Shown here piece after piece: positions 49,584-59,581 of a stretch of DNA of 64,000 nt. The translations under genes and the position numbers were made by a program. The notes under the pieces are model-generated. The model made no database searches and was not told the DNA's origin. It worked only from the letters and a program-made list of their open reading frames with translations. Origin of the DNA: Candidatus Latescibacterota bacterium (GTDB lineage: Bacteria > Latescibacterota > UBA2968 > UBA8231); the NCBI GenBank assembly GCA_965261395.1, contig OZ253462.1, positions 2,272,001 through 2,336,000 of the forward strand, given 5' to 3'. How positions within the stretch are numbered: position 1 is the first letter of the stretch; every line of letters starts with the position of its first letter.

Positions 49584-49630
49584 AACAGCTTTCGAAGGCT
49601 ACAGACGGCAGCCTTCGAAAGCTGTTTTTA
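49584..49630 (+). terminator. Long perfect hairpin terminator between the convergent Sir2 gene and serC
   Basis: AACAGCTTTCGAAGGCT-N9-AGCCTTCGAAAGCTGTT followed by TTT. Confidence 0.85.
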
Positions 49631-49646
49631 TTATAGTTACCAATTT

Positions 49647-50801
49647 TCATCCCTCGCCTTTTATTTCCGCAAACGCCCAATCCAGCCACGGGACTAGCCC
49701 TTCGATGTCACTGGTTTCCACCGTCGCTCCTCCCCAGATCCGCAGGCCGGGGGGTGCGGCGCGGTAGCCGTTGATGTCGTAGGCGACGCCCTCGTCTTCC
49801 AGCTTAGCGACGAGGGCTTTGACCTTTGCCCGTTGCGCGTCCTCGGTTAAGCCGGTAAACCACGCATCGGCGATCCGCAGGCAAATCGACGTACTAGAGC
49901 GAATCGCTCGGCGCGCGGGCAAAAATGCGATCCACTCGCTTGCGGCTTCCCACTGCTCCAGCACCGCGAGGTTGGCCTGCGTGCGCCGCACGAGTTCGGG
50001 CAAGCCGCCGCTGCGTTCGGCCCAGCGCAGTCCGTCGAGTGCGTCTTCCACGCACAGCAGGGAGGGCGTGTTGATGGTGTCGCCTTTGAACAGGGCCTCG
50101 TTGAGCTGGTCGCCTTGGGTCATGCGGAAGAGTTTGGGCACGGGCCAAGGCGGCGTGAAGCTGAGGAGCCGCTCGACCGCTCGCGGGCTGAGGATGAGCA
50201 TCCCGTGCGCGGCCTCGCCGCCCATGACCTTTTGCCAAGAGTAGGTAACTACGTCGAGCTTTTCCCAGGGCAGGTCCACGGCGAAGACCGCAGACGTCGC
50301 ATCGCAAATCACTAGGCCCTCGCGGTCAGCGTCGATCCACTCGCCATCGGGCACCTTCACCCCGGAGGTCGTGCCGTTCCACGCAAAGACCACGTCGCGG
50401 TCGCAGTCGATCAAGGACAGGTCGGGTAGCTGCCCGAAGTCGGCGTCGAAGACGCGCACGTCCTCCAGCCGCAGGTGCCGGGTAATGTCTGTCACCCAGC
50501 CCTTGCTGAAGCTCTCCCAGGATAGGACATCCACGCCGCGCGCCCCGAGCATGGACCACAGGCACATCTCCACGGCACCCGTATCCGAACCCGGCACTAC
50601 GGCTATGCGATAATCGGCCGGTACGCCCAGCAGTACACGCGACCGCTCGATGACTTCTTGTAGCTTGGCCCGTCCGACTGCGGCGCGGTGCGAGCGCCCC
50701 ACGGCCGCGTCTTTTAGAGCCGCAAGATTCCACCCAGGGCGCTTGGCGCAGGGACCAGAGGAAAAGCAGGGATTTTGCGGTTTGACTGCTGGCTTGGTCA
50801 T
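49647..50801 (-). CDS. serC: Phosphoserine aminotransferase
   Basis: [37 protein letters not shown] (PLP lysine), INTPS. Confidence 0.92.
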   Translation of the reverse strand: MTKPAVKPQNPCFSSGPCAKRPGWNLAALKDAAVGRSHRAAVGRAKLQEVIERSRVLLGVPADYRIAVVPGSDTGAVEMCLWSMLGARGVDVLSWESFSKGWVTDITRHLRLEDVRVFDADFGQLPDLSLIDCDRDVVFAWNGTTSGVKVPDGEWIDADREGLVICDATSAVFAVDLPWEKLDVVTYSWQKVMGGEAAHGMLILSPRAVERLLSFTPPWPVPKLFRMTQGDQLNEALFKGDTINTPSLLCVEDALDGLRWAERSGGLPELVRRTQANLAVLEQWEAASEWIAFLPARRAIRSSTSICLRIADAWFTGLTEDAQRAKVKALVAKLEDEGVAYDINGYRAAPPGLRIWGGATVETSDIEGLVPWLDWAFAEIKGEG

Positions 50802-51563
50802 CTACTCGGTCCGCGCCAGCATTCCGCCATCTACGGTCAACGCAGTTCCGGTGATAAAAGACGCCTCATCCGAGGCGAGAAACAGCACGGCGTTGGCGAT
50901 GTCCTCGCCCGTGCCCAAGCGCTGGGCCGGCACCATCTTGGCGTAGCGCACTCGTTCCTCTTCCGGCACTTGTAGATCGTCCCACAGGGGCGTCAGAATT
51001 GCCCCAGGGAGCACCGCGCAGACGCGGATGTCCGGTCCGTAGTCAATGGCGAGGGTCCGCGTCAGGCCCAAAACTCCGGCCTTGGCCGCGTCGTAGGCCG
51101 TGGCCGTGGCAAAGCTGACCAGCGAATGCACCGAGCCGGTGTTGATGATCACCCCGCCCCCAGTCTTGCGCATGACTGGGATGCCGTATTTGGCGGCGAG
51201 GAAAATCGCCTTCAAGCCGATGTTTAAGGTGCCGTCCCAATCCTTTTCGTCGAGCTCGGTCGCCGAGCCGTGGCGAAACCATATTGCGTTGTTGTGGACG
51301 ATGTCCACGCGGCCAAAGGCTTCTTCGGTGCGCGCGAACATTTCGATGACCTCGGCGGACTCGCCCACGTCGGTGCGGACGAAAATGGCTTCGCCGCCGT
51401 CGGCGTTGATTTTATCGACGACCCGCTGGCCGCCGTCGGCGTTGACATCGGCTACGCAGACGGACGCGCCTTCGCGCGCCAGCACCTGTGCGGTGACTTC
51501 CCCGATTCCCGAAGCCGCGCCTGTTACAATGGCCGCCTTACCGGCGATTCGACCTTTGTTCAT
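50802..51563 (-). CDS. SDR family oxidoreductase
   Basis: TGAASGIG, NNA, YDAAK. Confidence 0.92.
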   Translation of the reverse strand: MNKGRIAGKAAIVTGAASGIGEVTAQVLAREGASVCVADVNADGGQRVVDKINADGGEAIFVRTDVGESAEVIEMFARTEEAFGRVDIVHNNAIWFRHGSATELDEKDWDGTLNIGLKAIFLAAKYGIPVMRKTGGGVIINTGSVHSLVSFATATAYDAAKAGVLGLTRTLAIDYGPDIRVCAVLPGAILTPLWDDLQVPEEERVRYAKMVPAQRLGTGEDIANAVLFLASDEASFITGTALTVDGGMLARTE

Positions 51564-51925
51564 AGTTGATCTCCTGTGTCAGAAGGTTCTTCGTCAACAA
51601 TGGCTTTTAGTTGTTCAATGAGCGGTGGCAAGTCGTTCTGAATAATTTTCCACAGAATGTCGAGATTAACGTCATCATAACCGTGAACCAGCCGGTTGCG
51701 CAGACCGATAATCTGGGGCCAAGGAATCGCCGTATGTTTCTGCTGCGTCTCCTCAGAAACGCGATTGGCTGCTTCGCCCACAATCTCCACCAATTTCTGC
51801 AGTGCGAGCTGCATCACTCGGTCTTCTACCACGTCATCTAGGCTTGTCCCACTGGACAAAGCGACAGCTTCCTTGGCGTAGATGAGCATATCCACGAGGC
51901 TTACGCGGTCATCACGCCTGCTCAT
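51560..51925 (-). CDS. HepT-like (DUF86) HEPN toxin
   Basis: EIVGEAA, IPW...RNRLVHGY. Confidence 0.9.
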   Translation of the reverse strand: MSRRDDRVSLVDMLIYAKEAVALSSGTSLDDVVEDRVMQLALQKLVEIVGEAANRVSEETQQKHTAIPWPQIIGLRNRLVHGYDDVNLDILWKIIQNDLPPLIEQLKAIVDEEPSDTGDQL

Positions 51926-52223
51926 ACTGGACCTCCGCCGAATTGAGTATCTCCTCTCGGAGCAACCAGTTGCGGCTTCTTTCGACTCCTCTGAAGGTGT
52001 GTAAATCCACTTGCCGGCCGAATATTTCCGACAGCTCGTCCTGCATGGTGATGAACTCCAGTCCCGGCGTCTGGCCTAGCTCAAAGTCCACGAGCACATC
52101 CACGTCGCTTTCGGGCGTGAAGTCGTCGCGCAGGACCGAGCCGAACAGGGCCATGCGCCGGATGTGATTGCGCCGACAGAAGGCGGCGATCTCGTCTTTG
52201 GGGATGTCGATTCTCGCGCTCAT
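51912..52223 (-). CDS. MntA-like minimal nucleotidyltransferase antitoxin
   Basis: LFGSVLRDDFTPESDVDVLV (GSx10DxD), GRQVDL. Confidence 0.9.
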   Translation of the reverse strand: MSARIDIPKDEIAAFCRRNHIRRMALFGSVLRDDFTPESDVDVLVDFELGQTPGLEFITMQDELSEIFGRQVDLHTFRGVERSRNWLLREEILNSAEVQYEQA

Positions 52224-52229
52224 GGCCTC

Positions 52230-52574
52230 TCAGATGTGCAGTTTCAAGTCAAACACGAGTTCCATATTGGCCCACCACTCGCCCTCTTTGGCCTCGGGCA
52301 CCTGCTGCTGAAAGGTCCGCATCAGTTCGTCCCACTCCTTCGCTTTGGGGTTTTGCTCGACGTAGCGCGGGAAGTCGCGGGCTGGATCGAACTCGTCGGT
52401 GGCGGTCATGTACATGAACATCCGCTGCCCCAAGAGAAAAATTTTCATGTCGGTGATACCGACCTCGCCTAGGCCCTGAAGCGGCTCGGGCCAGGGATCG
52501 GCGTGGTATGCCTTGTACTGGGCGATCAGTTCGGGATCGTCCTTCAACTCAATGGTTAGACCGAAGTGCTGCAT
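52230..52574 (-). CDS. L-rhamnose mutarotase-like (DUF718) protein
   Basis: LKDDPELIAQYKAYH...WPE, WWANMELVFDL. Confidence 0.85.
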   Translation of the reverse strand: MQHFGLTIELKDDPELIAQYKAYHADPWPEPLQGLGEVGITDMKIFLLGQRMFMYMTATDEFDPARDFPRYVEQNPKAKEWDELMRTFQQQVPEAKEGEWWANMELVFDLKLHI

Positions 52575-53896
52575 TGCGTTTCTCCTTGGTTTTCAGCGCG
52601 ATAGGCTGCGGCCAAAAGCGACACGGGGTGGACGACGTCCACGGCGGCTTGTGCGCGGCGGACGCCGTACTGGAGCTGGATGGCACAGCCCGTGTTGCCC
52701 GTGGCTACTGCGGTCGCACCGGTCGCGCACACGTGCGCCATCTTGCGGTCGAGTAGCTGCATGGACAGCTCGGGCTGGGTGATGTTGTAGATGCCGGCGC
52801 TGCCGCAGCACCAGTCGGCCTCTGCCAGTGGCACGAGCTCCAAATTGGGCACGGCTTGGAGCACCTCGCGCGGGGCGGCGGAAACCCGCTGCCCGTGCTT
52901 GAGGTGGCACGACTCGTGGTAGGCGACCTGCTGTGGGGGCAGTGCGGCGCGGGGCTGGCGCAAGCCGATGTCGGCAAGCCACTCGTGTACGTCCTTTACT
53001 TTTTTGCTCCACGCCGCGGCCCGCTCCGCGTAGGCGGAGTCATCGGCCAGCAGGCGGTCGTAGTGCTTGCAGTGCAAGCCGCAGCCACCGGCATTGACGA
53101 CGATCGCGTCCAGATTTTCAGCATCAAAAGCGTCGATGTTAAGCCGCGCCTGCTGCCGCGCCTGTTCGACCGCGCCGTTGTGCGCGTGTAGCGAGCCGCA
53201 ACACGCCTGTCCTTCCGGCAGCAGCACTTGGCAGCCATTGTGCTGCAAGACGCATATCGTGTCGGCGTTTACCTCGGCAAAGGATATGTCTTGGACGCAG
53301 CCGGCCAACAGCGCGACCCGGTAGCGCGGTGCGGACGGATTCGCCTGCTGCAAACCTCGGCGATACAACTGGTCGGTAAAACGCCGGGAAATCTGCGGTG
53401 CCAGCGGCTCCAGTGCCCCCAAGCCAAAGGGCAGCAGCTTCAGGAGGCCGCTGCGGCGCGCCAGTGTTTGCAGACCGCTGCGCTGGAATATGCGCATCAA
53501 GCGCGCTACTGCCCGCAGGCGCGTCTGTTTGGCAAAGAGCCAGCCGAGGACCCAACGGCGCACAAAATTCCGCACTGTGCCGTCGAGCAAGCCCTGCCGC
53601 TCCACTTCGGCGCGGGCATTTTCAAATAGCGCGGCGTAATCCACGCCAGCCGGGCACGCGGTCTGACAGGCGAGGCAGCCGAGGCAGAAGTACATCTCTT
53701 CGGCAAAGATCGTACTCACCTCCAGCTCGCCATCGGCGATGGCCCGCATCATGGCGATCCGCCCCCTCGGCGAAGAGCGCTCGCTCAGAGTCGCGTCGTA
53801 CGTCGGGCAGGTCGGCAGGCAGAGGCCGCAGTGCATGCACTGCTGGAGCGCGGAGTAATCCAGACCGCTAAGTAGGTTGAGGCCGTCGTCGCTCAA
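52556..53896 (-). CDS. glcF: Glycolate oxidase Fe-S subunit
   Basis: CMHCGLCLPTC, CLGCLACQTACP, two CCG domains; TTG start overlaps the glcD stop. Confidence 0.88.
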   Translation of the reverse strand: MSDDGLNLLSGLDYSALQQCMHCGLCLPTCPTYDATLSERSSPRGRIAMMRAIADGELEVSTIFAEEMYFCLGCLACQTACPAGVDYAALFENARAEVERQGLLDGTVRNFVRRWVLGWLFAKQTRLRAVARLMRIFQRSGLQTLARRSGLLKLLPFGLGALEPLAPQISRRFTDQLYRRGLQQANPSAPRYRVALLAGCVQDISFAEVNADTICVLQHNGCQVLLPEGQACCGSLHAHNGAVEQARQQARLNIDAFDAENLDAIVVNAGGCGLHCKHYDRLLADDSAYAERAAAWSKKVKDVHEWLADIGLRQPRAALPPQQVAYHESCHLKHGQRVSAAPREVLQAVPNLELVPLAEADWCCGSAGIYNITQPELSMQLLDRKMAHVCATGATAVATGNTGCAIQLQYGVRRAQAAVDVVHPVSLLAAAYRAENQGETQCSTSV

Positions 53897-55272
53897 TCGA
53901 ACATGTTCCCTGGGTTTAGGATGCCCTTGGGGTCGAAGGCGGTCTTGACCCGCTTGAGAATTTCTATCCCCACCGGCCCGAGTTGCCCGGGCAAGTAAGG
54001 CTTTTTGGCCAAGCCGACCCCGTGCTCGCCCGTGATGGTGCCGCCCAATTCCACAGCGTAGGCAAAAACCTCGGCCATGGCCTTTTCGACGCGGGCCATT
54101 TCTTCGGTGTCGCGCTCGTCGCACAGGAAGGTGGGGTGCAGGTTGCCGTCGCCGAAGTGGCCGAAGGTACCCACCCGCACTTGGTGCCGCTGGCCGACCT
54201 CCTGCACGTAGGCGACCATGGCCGCCAGCTCGCTGCGCGGCACGGTGACGTCCTCCAGCACGACCGTCGGCGCCAGCCGCGCCAGCGCACTAAAGGCCGT
54301 GCGTCGGGCTGCGGCAAGCTGTTGGGCCTCTGCTTCTGAAGCGGCTAGCCGCACCGAACGAGCGCCGCCCTCCCGGGCAATGGCCTCGATCTGGGCGGCC
54401 TGCTCGGCGACCTGCGCCGGGTGCCCATCTACTTCCATCAGCAGCACGGCCGCGCAATCCGTCGGCAGGCCAATACCGGCGTGAGCCTCCACGCATTCGA
54501 TGGTAGTACGGTCGAGGAATTCGAGGGTGCAGGGGATGATTTTGCGCGCGATAATCGCCGAGACTGTGGCCGCTGCCTGCGTCATCTCGTCGTAAAGGCC
54601 GAGCAAGGTCTTCTTGCTCGCAGGTGCCGGGACCAGCTTCAGCACGATCTTGGTAATGACCCCCAGCATCCCCTGAGAGCCGACGAAGAGATCTTTGAGC
54701 GTGAACCCCGCCACGTCCTTGACGCATTTGTTGCCAGTTTCCAACACCTGCCCGTCGGCGAGGACCACTTCCAGCCCCATCACGTAGTCGCGCGTCACGC
54801 CGTATTTTAATCCGCGCAGCCCCCCGGAATTATTGGCCACATTGCCGCCGATAGTCGAGATCTTGATCGAGCCGGGATCTGGGGGATAAAATAGGCCGGC
54901 GGCTTGGGCCGCGTCGGCGATCTGCTGAGTTAGAACGCCCGGTTGGACGACCATGACTAGGTTGGCTGCGTCTATCTCTAGTATCTGGTTGAGCCGGACC
55001 AAGCAGAGCACAACCCCTCCTTGCGAGGGCACCGACCCCCCGGCCAACCCAGTGCCCGAACCGCGCGGCACCACGGGTACCTCTCGCTGGTTGCACAGGG
55101 CCAAAAGCTGGGCGACCTCTTCCCGACTTTCCGGCAACGCCACGCAAGCGGGTCGCTGGTGCAGCAGGGCAGTCCCGTCGAAGGCATAGACGCTGCAATC
55201 CTCGGCCGAGGTCAACAATTGGTCTGGGCGCAAGAAGGTGCCGAGATCGCTTATCAGGGCGGCGTGATCCAT
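53893..55272 (-). CDS. glcD: Glycolate oxidase FAD subunit
   Basis: PRGSGTGLAGG, YPPDPGS, KYGVT, GHFGDGNLH, GEHGVG. Confidence 0.9.
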   Translation of the reverse strand: MDHAALISDLGTFLRPDQLLTSAEDCSVYAFDGTALLHQRPACVALPESREEVAQLLALCNQREVPVVPRGSGTGLAGGSVPSQGGVVLCLVRLNQILEIDAANLVMVVQPGVLTQQIADAAQAAGLFYPPDPGSIKISTIGGNVANNSGGLRGLKYGVTRDYVMGLEVVLADGQVLETGNKCVKDVAGFTLKDLFVGSQGMLGVITKIVLKLVPAPASKKTLLGLYDEMTQAAATVSAIIARKIIPCTLEFLDRTTIECVEAHAGIGLPTDCAAVLLMEVDGHPAQVAEQAAQIEAIAREGGARSVRLAASEAEAQQLAAARRTAFSALARLAPTVVLEDVTVPRSELAAMVAYVQEVGQRHQVRVGTFGHFGDGNLHPTFLCDERDTEEMARVEKAMAEVFAYAVELGGTITGEHGVGLAKKPYLPGQLGPVGIEILKRVKTAFDPKGILNPGNMFD

Positions 55273-55292
55273 TGCAGGCCTGGACGCAGTAG

Positions 55293-55985
55293 CTACAACT
55301 CGTCGGACAGGTGCTCGGTGCGGTTGAGATATTTGACGACTGTGGTGCCGCCGGGCGCGAGCGCGATGCGGGTAATCGCCGTGTTGTCGTGTTCGTAATA
55401 GGTGCCGTCGTCCAGTACCTGGTTACCTAGGGCCGAAAGCAACAGGCTCATAAAGCCGCCGTGGGTCACGAAGCCAATGCGCGTCTCTTCCCCTGCCCGC
55501 GCTAGCAAGTCTGCGGCTACGCCGATAGCACGGCGCTGGGCCTGCTGATCCGTTTCCTTGCCCGCGTCCCACCATCCGTCTTCGCCGACTTCCGCTGACG
55601 CGACGCTGGTGGGAAAACGCGCGGCAATTTCCGCCCGCGTCAGGCCGGGATAGCCAACGGCTCCCCGCTTGCCGCCGTGGTCGAGGTAAATGCCTCCCAT
55701 CTCGTGAATAGCTACCCAGATCTCCGACCTCAATTCCATTGCCTGTCCGATCGCTTGCGCTGTGTGCAGGGTGCGAATCATTGGACTGCAATAAAGCCGA
55801 TCGAAAAAGGGCCGATCCTCTGCGCGCTCGGCCGGGGCGAGGTGCAACCCTTCTGCTAGATACGCAGCTACCCGCTCGGCCTGTGCCCGGCCGTTAGCGG
55901 TTAATTCGGGATCGGCGACGCGCTGGCTGACATCGGCTAGCGCGTTGTTGGTGGACTCGCCGTGGCGAATCAGAAATAGGTCCAT
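55293..55985 (-). CDS. Histidine phosphatase (PGM-like) family protein
   Basis: LIRHGES, SPMIRT, VTHGG. Confidence 0.9.
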   Translation of the reverse strand: MDLFLIRHGESTNNALADVSQRVADPELTANGRAQAERVAAYLAEGLHLAPAERAEDRPFFDRLYCSPMIRTLHTAQAIGQAMELRSEIWVAIHEMGGIYLDHGGKRGAVGYPGLTRAEIAARFPTSVASAEVGEDGWWDAGKETDQQAQRRAIGVAADLLARAGEETRIGFVTHGGFMSLLLSALGNQVLDDGTYYEHDNTAITRIALAPGGTTVVKYLNRTEHLSDEL

Positions 55986-56004
55986 GGCATTCTTGACAGT
56001 AGTA

Positions 56005-56025
56005 TGGTTAGTGGTTAGTGGTTAA
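56005..56025. repeat. Heptamer tandem repeat (TGGTTAG)x3
   Basis: TGGTTAG TGGTTAG TGGTTAA in a divergent intergenic region. Confidence 0.7.
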
Positions 56026-56058
56026 TGACCGCTTACTTCTCACTCTAATGTTAATGTT

Positions 56059-57546
56059 ATGGATATTAAAGTAATTCAAGGAGCTATTCAAAAACAGGAC
56101 GCGGACGTCCTCGTGGTCAACCTCTTTGCCGGAGCGCGTCCAGGCGGCGCTACGGGCGCGGTTGACCAAGCCCTTAGCGGCCAAATCTCGGCGGCGATTG
56201 ACCTCGGCGACTTCGAGGGCAAGGCTGGCCAAACCTTGCTGCTGTACACGCACGGCCAGATCCCAGCACCGCGCGTCCTCGTCGTTGGCTTGGGCGAGCA
56301 GGAGGGCTTTGACCTCGAAAGGGAGCGCCGTGCCGCGGGCACGGCCATCGGCACCCTCGGCGGCTTGGGTGCTAAGAGTGCAGCCACCATTCTCCACGGC
56401 ACAGGCGCGGGCAATCTGCCCGTCGAGCCAGCCGCTCAAGCTGTGGCCGAAGCCTCGCTGTTGGCGGCCTATCGCTTTGACGAGTACCGCTCGCAGCCCC
56501 GCCCACAGCCGCTGGCCAAGCTGCACATCGTAGAGTTTGACTCGACTAAGCTCAAAGAGGCGCGCCGCGGAGTTCGTCGGGGCTGCGCCCTCGCCGAGGC
56601 CACCTGCCTCGCCCGCGACTTGGTCAATCACCCCGGCGGCGAAGTGACGCCGGCCTACTTGGCCCGCACGGCCCGCCGCCTAGCCAAAACCCACGATTTG
56701 CGCTGCCGGATTTTCGGCGCAAAAAGCTTGGCCGAGCTAGGCATGGAAGCCTTGGTGGCCGTTGGTCAGGGCAGTGCCAATAAGCCGCGTTTCATTGTCC
56801 TTGAACACGGCCCCCGCGAGGGTGATCCACTAGTGTTTGTCGGCAAGGGCATCACCTTTGACAGCGGCGGCCTCTCGCTCAAGACCGTCGAGGGCATCCG
56901 CACGATGAAGACCGACATGTCCGGTGCCGCTGCCGTCTTGGGCGCTATGCAGGCGGTGGCCGCGCTCGGCCTCAAGCGGCGGGTCGTCGGCCTGATTGCC
57001 GCTGCTGAGAACATGCCCTCCAGCACCGCCTTCCGCCCCGACGACGTGCTGCGCACTCTCGCTGGCAAGACCATCGAGATCATCAGCACGGACGCCGAAG
57101 GCCGCCTCGTCTTGGCCGATGCCCTCGCCTACGCCAGCCGCTACGAGCCAGCCGCGGTCGTCGATCTGGCCACCCTCACCGGCGCTTGCGTAACCGCGCT
57201 GGGGCACCATGCGTCGGGTCTGTTTGCCAACGACGACGACTTGGCGGATCGGCTGATCGCGGCCGGGGAGCAGACTGGCGAGCGGCTCTGGCGTCTGCCG
57301 CTGTGGCCCGAGTATCGCGATCAGATCGACAGCGACATCGCCGACATGAAAAACTCAGGCGGTCGGCCGGCAGGTGCCAGTACGGCCGCGGCGCTTTTGG
57401 CGGAGTTCGCCGACTATTCTTGGGCGCACCTCGACATTGCCGGCACCGCTTGGTGCGAAAAGGCCAAACCCTACGTGCCACGAGGCGGCGTCGGCATCGG
57501 CGTGCGCCTATTGACCCAACTTGCCCTCGATTGGAGCCCATCATGA
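56059..57546 (+). CDS. pepA: Leucyl aminopeptidase (M17)
   Basis: VGKGITFDSGG, MKTDMSGAA, STDAEGRL, ATLTG, HLDIAG. Confidence 0.93.
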   Translation: MDIKVIQGAIQKQDADVLVVNLFAGARPGGATGAVDQALSGQISAAIDLGDFEGKAGQTLLLYTHGQIPAPRVLVVGLGEQEGFDLERERRAAGTAIGTLGGLGAKSAATILHGTGAGNLPVEPAAQAVAEASLLAAYRFDEYRSQPRPQPLAKLHIVEFDSTKLKEARRGVRRGCALAEATCLARDLVNHPGGEVTPAYLARTARRLAKTHDLRCRIFGAKSLAELGMEALVAVGQGSANKPRFIVLEHGPREGDPLVFVGKGITFDSGGLSLKTVEGIRTMKTDMSGAAAVLGAMQAVAALGLKRRVVGLIAAAENMPSSTAFRPDDVLRTLAGKTIEIISTDAEGRLVLADALAYASRYEPAAVVDLATLTGACVTALGHHASGLFANDDDLADRLIAAGEQTGERLWRLPLWPEYRDQIDSDIADMKNSGGRPAGASTAAALLAEFADYSWAHLDIAGTAWCEKAKPYVPRGGVGIGVRLLTQLALDWSPS

Positions 57547-58535
57547 CCATTCGCACGATCCACGTAGGAGCCGGTGGCCGCGGCCGCTGGCCCCTGAACC
57601 GCTTCCGCGACCGCACCGACTTCGAGTCCGTCGCCTTGGTCGATGTTAGCGAGGAGAACCTCGCCACGGCGCGGGAGATTACCGGCCTAGGCGAGGAAGC
57701 GTGTTTTTCTTCGCTAGCTGAGGCTTTGCAAGCCGTCGAAGCCGACGCCGTGGTCGTCATTACGCCGCCCGACCTGCACGCCGGTCAATGTATAGAGGCA
57801 GTCCGTGCCGGTAAGCACGTACTGGTCGAAAAGCCCTTCACCAAAGACCTCGGTCACGCTCGGCAAATCGTCGCTGAGGCAGCCGAGCGTGGCCTCAAGG
57901 TCGCCGTCACCCAGAACGCTCGCTACTATCCGCCGGTCTTGACCATCCGCCGCTTGCTGCAAAGCGGCGAATTGGGCCATCCTTCCTTTGGCCTGATGAC
58001 CAAATACGGCTGGCGTCCGCGGGTCCACCATTCAGGCGCGGATCAACACGCCTATTTGTGGGAGCGCGGCATCCACGACTTCGACCAATTGCGCCACCTG
58101 CTCGACTCCGAGCCCAAGCGGCTCTTTTGCAATAGCTTCAACCCGCCTTGGAGCCCGTACAGCGGCGGTGCGGCCATCGACGGCTGGATCGAGTTCCACA
58201 ACGGCACCACCTTCAACTTCCAATGCACTTTCGCCACCCACAAAGGCGGCTCAAGCTGGCGGCTGGACTGCGAGAAGGGCACGGTCGAAGAGGTCTCCGG
58301 CGGCTTGGCGCTCCGGCGGCCCGGAGCCGATGCGGACGAGATCATACCTATGGACGAAAACCCCCATCCCGAGGAAGTCCTCTTAGACGGCTTCCGCGAC
58401 TACGTGCTCAACGACGTGGAGCCGTCCTTCTCCGGCCCGCGCAACCTAGCCACGGTGGGCCTTATCAACGCCTTAGGGGCCTCGTCAGAGCAAGGCGTGG
58501 TAATCGACTTCGACGAGTACATGGCCGCCGAATAG
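57543..58535 (+). CDS. Gfo/Idh/MocA family oxidoreductase
   Basis: VGAGGRG, HVLVEKP, IHDFD. Confidence 0.88.
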   Translation: MTIRTIHVGAGGRGRWPLNRFRDRTDFESVALVDVSEENLATAREITGLGEEACFSSLAEALQAVEADAVVVITPPDLHAGQCIEAVRAGKHVLVEKPFTKDLGHARQIVAEAAERGLKVAVTQNARYYPPVLTIRRLLQSGELGHPSFGLMTKYGWRPRVHHSGADQHAYLWERGIHDFDQLRHLLDSEPKRLFCNSFNPPWSPYSGGAAIDGWIEFHNGTTFNFQCTFATHKGGSSWRLDCEKGTVEEVSGGLALRRPGADADEIIPMDENPHPEEVLLDGFRDYVLNDVEPSFSGPRNLATVGLINALGASSEQGVVIDFDEYMAAE

Positions 58536-58558
58536 AGGGCGTGCCACTGGATAAAGCA

Positions 58559-59581
58559 ATGGACGAACAAACCGCCCGTCGCCTGCACCAAGACTCCTTG
58601 GTCATTGACGCTCATAACGACAGCATCGTCGCGCTGATCCGTCGGGGTATGTCCCTAAATGGCACACAGCGCACTGACTTTCACCAGCGCGAGGGGGCTG
58701 TCGCGTATTTGCGCCAGTACCAGTCGTCGGACGACGGCGTTCAGCTCGACTTGCCCAAGGCGCGCGAGGGAGGGATAGACGCGGCGTTTTTCGCCGTTGA
58801 CTGCACCCGCCCTTGGGGCAATCACTTGCTTTACTGCATGGACGCCTTGGGCTGTTTTTTACAGGAGGTGGAAGAGCACAGCGGGAGCATTGCCGTGGCG
58901 CGCTGCGCGGCGGACATTGAGCGCGCCCGCGCCGAGGGCCGACTGGCGGCCATACTGGCGGTGGAAAACAGCGATGCGCTGGAGAAAAGCCTCCACGTCC
59001 TGCCGCTGCTCTACCAACTGGGCGTCCGCGCCATGACCTTCACCCACAGCACCCGCTCTTGGGCCGGAGACGGCTGTGAAGTCGAGGGGGGAGGCGGCCT
59101 GACCGGCTTTGGCCGCCAGCTACTAGCGCAGATGAACGAGCTGGGCATGGTCGTCGATGTGTCCCATCTCAACGAACCGGGCTTTTGGGACGTGGCCCGA
59201 GCGGCCCAAGCTCCTTTTATGGCCACCCATAGCTGCTGCCGCGCCCTCTGCGACCATCCGCGCAACCTCCGCGACGAGCAACTGCGCGCCCTCGCCGAAA
59301 AGGGCGGGGTCGTGAGCATCACCTTTGTCCCGCCCTTTATCGACGCGCACAATCCCACCTTTGACGGCCTGCTCGACCACATTGAGCACGCGGTCGCCGT
59401 TGCTGGCATCGACCACGTCGGCTTGGGATCGGATTTTGACGGTGGCGGCTTGCTCTTAGAAGATGTGACCTGCCTCCCGGACATTGCGGTGGGCTTGGCC
59501 GCTCGCGGCTATGCCGAGGCCGATGTCCGCAAGATCCTCGGCGCGAACCAACTGCGGTTCCTGCAACAGGTCATCGGCTGA
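58559..59581 (+). CDS. Membrane dipeptidase (M19)
   Basis: IDAHND, DVSH, ATHS, HPRN, GLGSDFDG. Confidence 0.9.
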   Translation: MDEQTARRLHQDSLVIDAHNDSIVALIRRGMSLNGTQRTDFHQREGAVAYLRQYQSSDDGVQLDLPKAREGGIDAAFFAVDCTRPWGNHLLYCMDALGCFLQEVEEHSGSIAVARCAADIERARAEGRLAAILAVENSDALEKSLHVLPLLYQLGVRAMTFTHSTRSWAGDGCEVEGGGGLTGFGRQLLAQMNELGMVVDVSHLNEPGFWDVARAAQAPFMATHSCCRALCDHPRNLRDEQLRALAEKGGVVSITFVPPFIDAHNPTFDGLLDHIEHAVAVAGIDHVGLGSDFDGGGLLLEDVTCLPDIAVGLAARGYAEADVRKILGANQLRFLQQVIG

